From the sequence record SRR31156797_2536: a DNA stretch of 35,680 nucleotides. One strand, written 5' to 3'. Below the pieces are notes generated by a model. The model saw only the letters and a program-made list of their open reading frames with translations, had not been told where the DNA came from and made no database searches. Position 1 is the first letter of the stretch, and the number at the start of each line of letters is the position of its first letter. Positions 34,514-35,680 of this stretch are shown piece after piece. The position numbers were made by a program, and so were the translations under genes.

Positions 34514-35680
34514 AAAAGATTGTTTCAGGACTGACGGCTGTTATCCTGATGGGGTATGCTTTCTGCTGGGTTTCGCCATCTCACGCAGCACAAATTTCCG
34601 GATCAAAAAAAGAAAACGCCACCGAAAGCATCAGGCGACTTGAAGAGGCGGCGCGTTTGAGCGAGGTCGCCCACCGGATCAAATACTACGACGAAGTTCT
34701 GACCCAGTCCGCCAGGAATTATGCGTTTACACAAAATAAAAAGTGGTTACGACGGTACAAGGAAATTGAACCTAAACTGGATGCGATGCTCAAGGAAGCG
34801 ATCGAAAAGGGAGACCACCTTGACAAGGCATTATTTAAAAAAATTGACACGGCCAATATTAAACTGGTGGATATGGAATACCGCTCCATCAAGCTCGTAG
34901 AGAGCGGCCGGACACAACAGGCCCAGGATATCCTTGAAAGCGGTCAGTATTGGAAGCAGAAAGAGATCTATCTCCAAAGCCTGGAAGACTATGTCCAAAA
35001 ACGGAGTAAACAGTTCCACACATCGATTCTCGATACCCGGAAAGAATATCCTGTCATCCCTCTTACCGATGAAGAAAAAACCTGGCTGAAAGCACACCCC
35101 GAGATCCGGGTTCACAACGAGATGAACTGGCCGCCATTTAACTTCAACAAAGATGGCGAACCCACCGGCTTATCCATTGATTATATGAACCTGCTGGCGA
35201 GTCGGCTGGGTATTAAAGCAACGTATGTTTCCGGTGAATGGGGAGAATTGCTGGATCAGGCATTGAGCAAAAAACTGGATGTCATGCTCAATATTGTCAA
35301 AACGCCGGAGCGTCGGAAACACCTCATTTATACGGATGCCTATGCGAAAAATCCGAGTGTCATCATCACCAGAGAAGAGAGTTCCATTTCGGATACCCAA
35401 TCATTATCCGGCAAAAAGGTCGCTTACCCGGAAGGTTTTTTCTACGATGAAGTTTTAAAAACCACATTCCCGGAAATTATAAGGGTTCCCATGAAAGACA
35501 CCTTGGAAACCTTAAAGGCAATCCAGTTCGGCAAAGTAGATGCGGCTGTCGGCAAACTGGCAGTTGTAAATGATCTCATACGAAACAATTTACTGACGGG
35601 TCTTGCCATCAATGGCGCCTTTGATTCAGGTAATCCTGAAATTGAAAAGTTGAACATTGCCGTTCGTAATGACTGGCCGA
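34510..35680 (+). CDS. Extracytoplasmic sensor with helical domain plus BvgS/EvgS-like solute-binding (Venus flytrap) domain, 5' part only
   Basis: Absent from the ORF track because it is open to the edge. ATGA overlap with the upstream stop, signal peptide MKKIVSGLTAVILMG..., then LTDEEKTWLKAHPEIRV...NWPPFNF...GLSIDYM...AVRNDWP. Confidence 0.85.
   Translation, partial: MKKIVSGLTAVILMGYAFCWVSPSHAAQISGSKKENATESIRRLEEAARLSEVAHRIKYYDEVLTQSARNYAFTQNKKWLRRYKEIEPKLDAMLKEAIEKGDHLDKALFKKIDTANIKLVDMEYRSIKLVESGRTQQAQDILESGQYWKQKEIYLQSLEDYVQKRSKQFHTSILDTRKEYPVIPLTDEEKTWLKAHPEIRVHNEMNWPPFNFNKDGEPTGLSIDYMNLLASRLGIKATYVSGEWGELLDQALSKKLDVMLNIVKTPERRKHLIYTDAYAKNPSVIITREESSISDTQSLSGKKVAYPEGFFYDEVLKTTFPEIIRVPMKDTLETLKAIQFGKVDAAVGKLAVVNDLIRNNLLTGLAINGAFDSGNPEIEKLNIAVRNDWP

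Noticed and set aside
1..35680. CRISPR arrays, tRNA/rRNA, prophage, defence or toxin-antitoxin systems
   Set aside because: No spaced direct repeats, RNA-gene signatures or matching proteins were seen by eye. The DEDDh fusion has no cas or defence neighbours.

Overview
Bacterial chromosomal window whose gene content resembles an anaerobic Desulfobacterota (inference, not verified). No rRNA, tRNA, CRISPR array or intact transposase was seen. It has four blocks. (1) 1-6782: a partial PAS sensor, a single-domain receiver, a membrane-anchored PAS/pseudo-kinase/DEDDh exonuclease fusion, a HAD phosphatase, a YkgJ-type Cys-cluster protein, an RlmN-family radical SAM enzyme and a SuhB-like monophosphatase. 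(2) 6837-17169: a divergon around a FadR-type GntR regulator. Its left arm has a divergent PaaK-family CoA ligase, a TAXI-TRAP transporter and two tandem carboxyltransferases with no biotin partner; its right arm has a frameshifted 3-hydroxyacyl-CoA dehydrogenase and an enoyl-CoA hydratase. This is the best candidate for an undescribed catabolic pathway. (3) 17224-29538: a TetR regulator divergent from a complete beta-oxidation operon with DctPQM and EtfBA. (4) 29540-35680: a rearranged signalling region with an orphan sigma54-type promoter, a stand-alone Cache protein, a head-to-head scar joining a sigma54-activator fragment to a FadB/FadJ C-terminal remnant, a PAS kinase/FixJ-like/receiver set and a partial BvgS-like sensor. 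All product calls come from motif recognition by eye; no database search was run.
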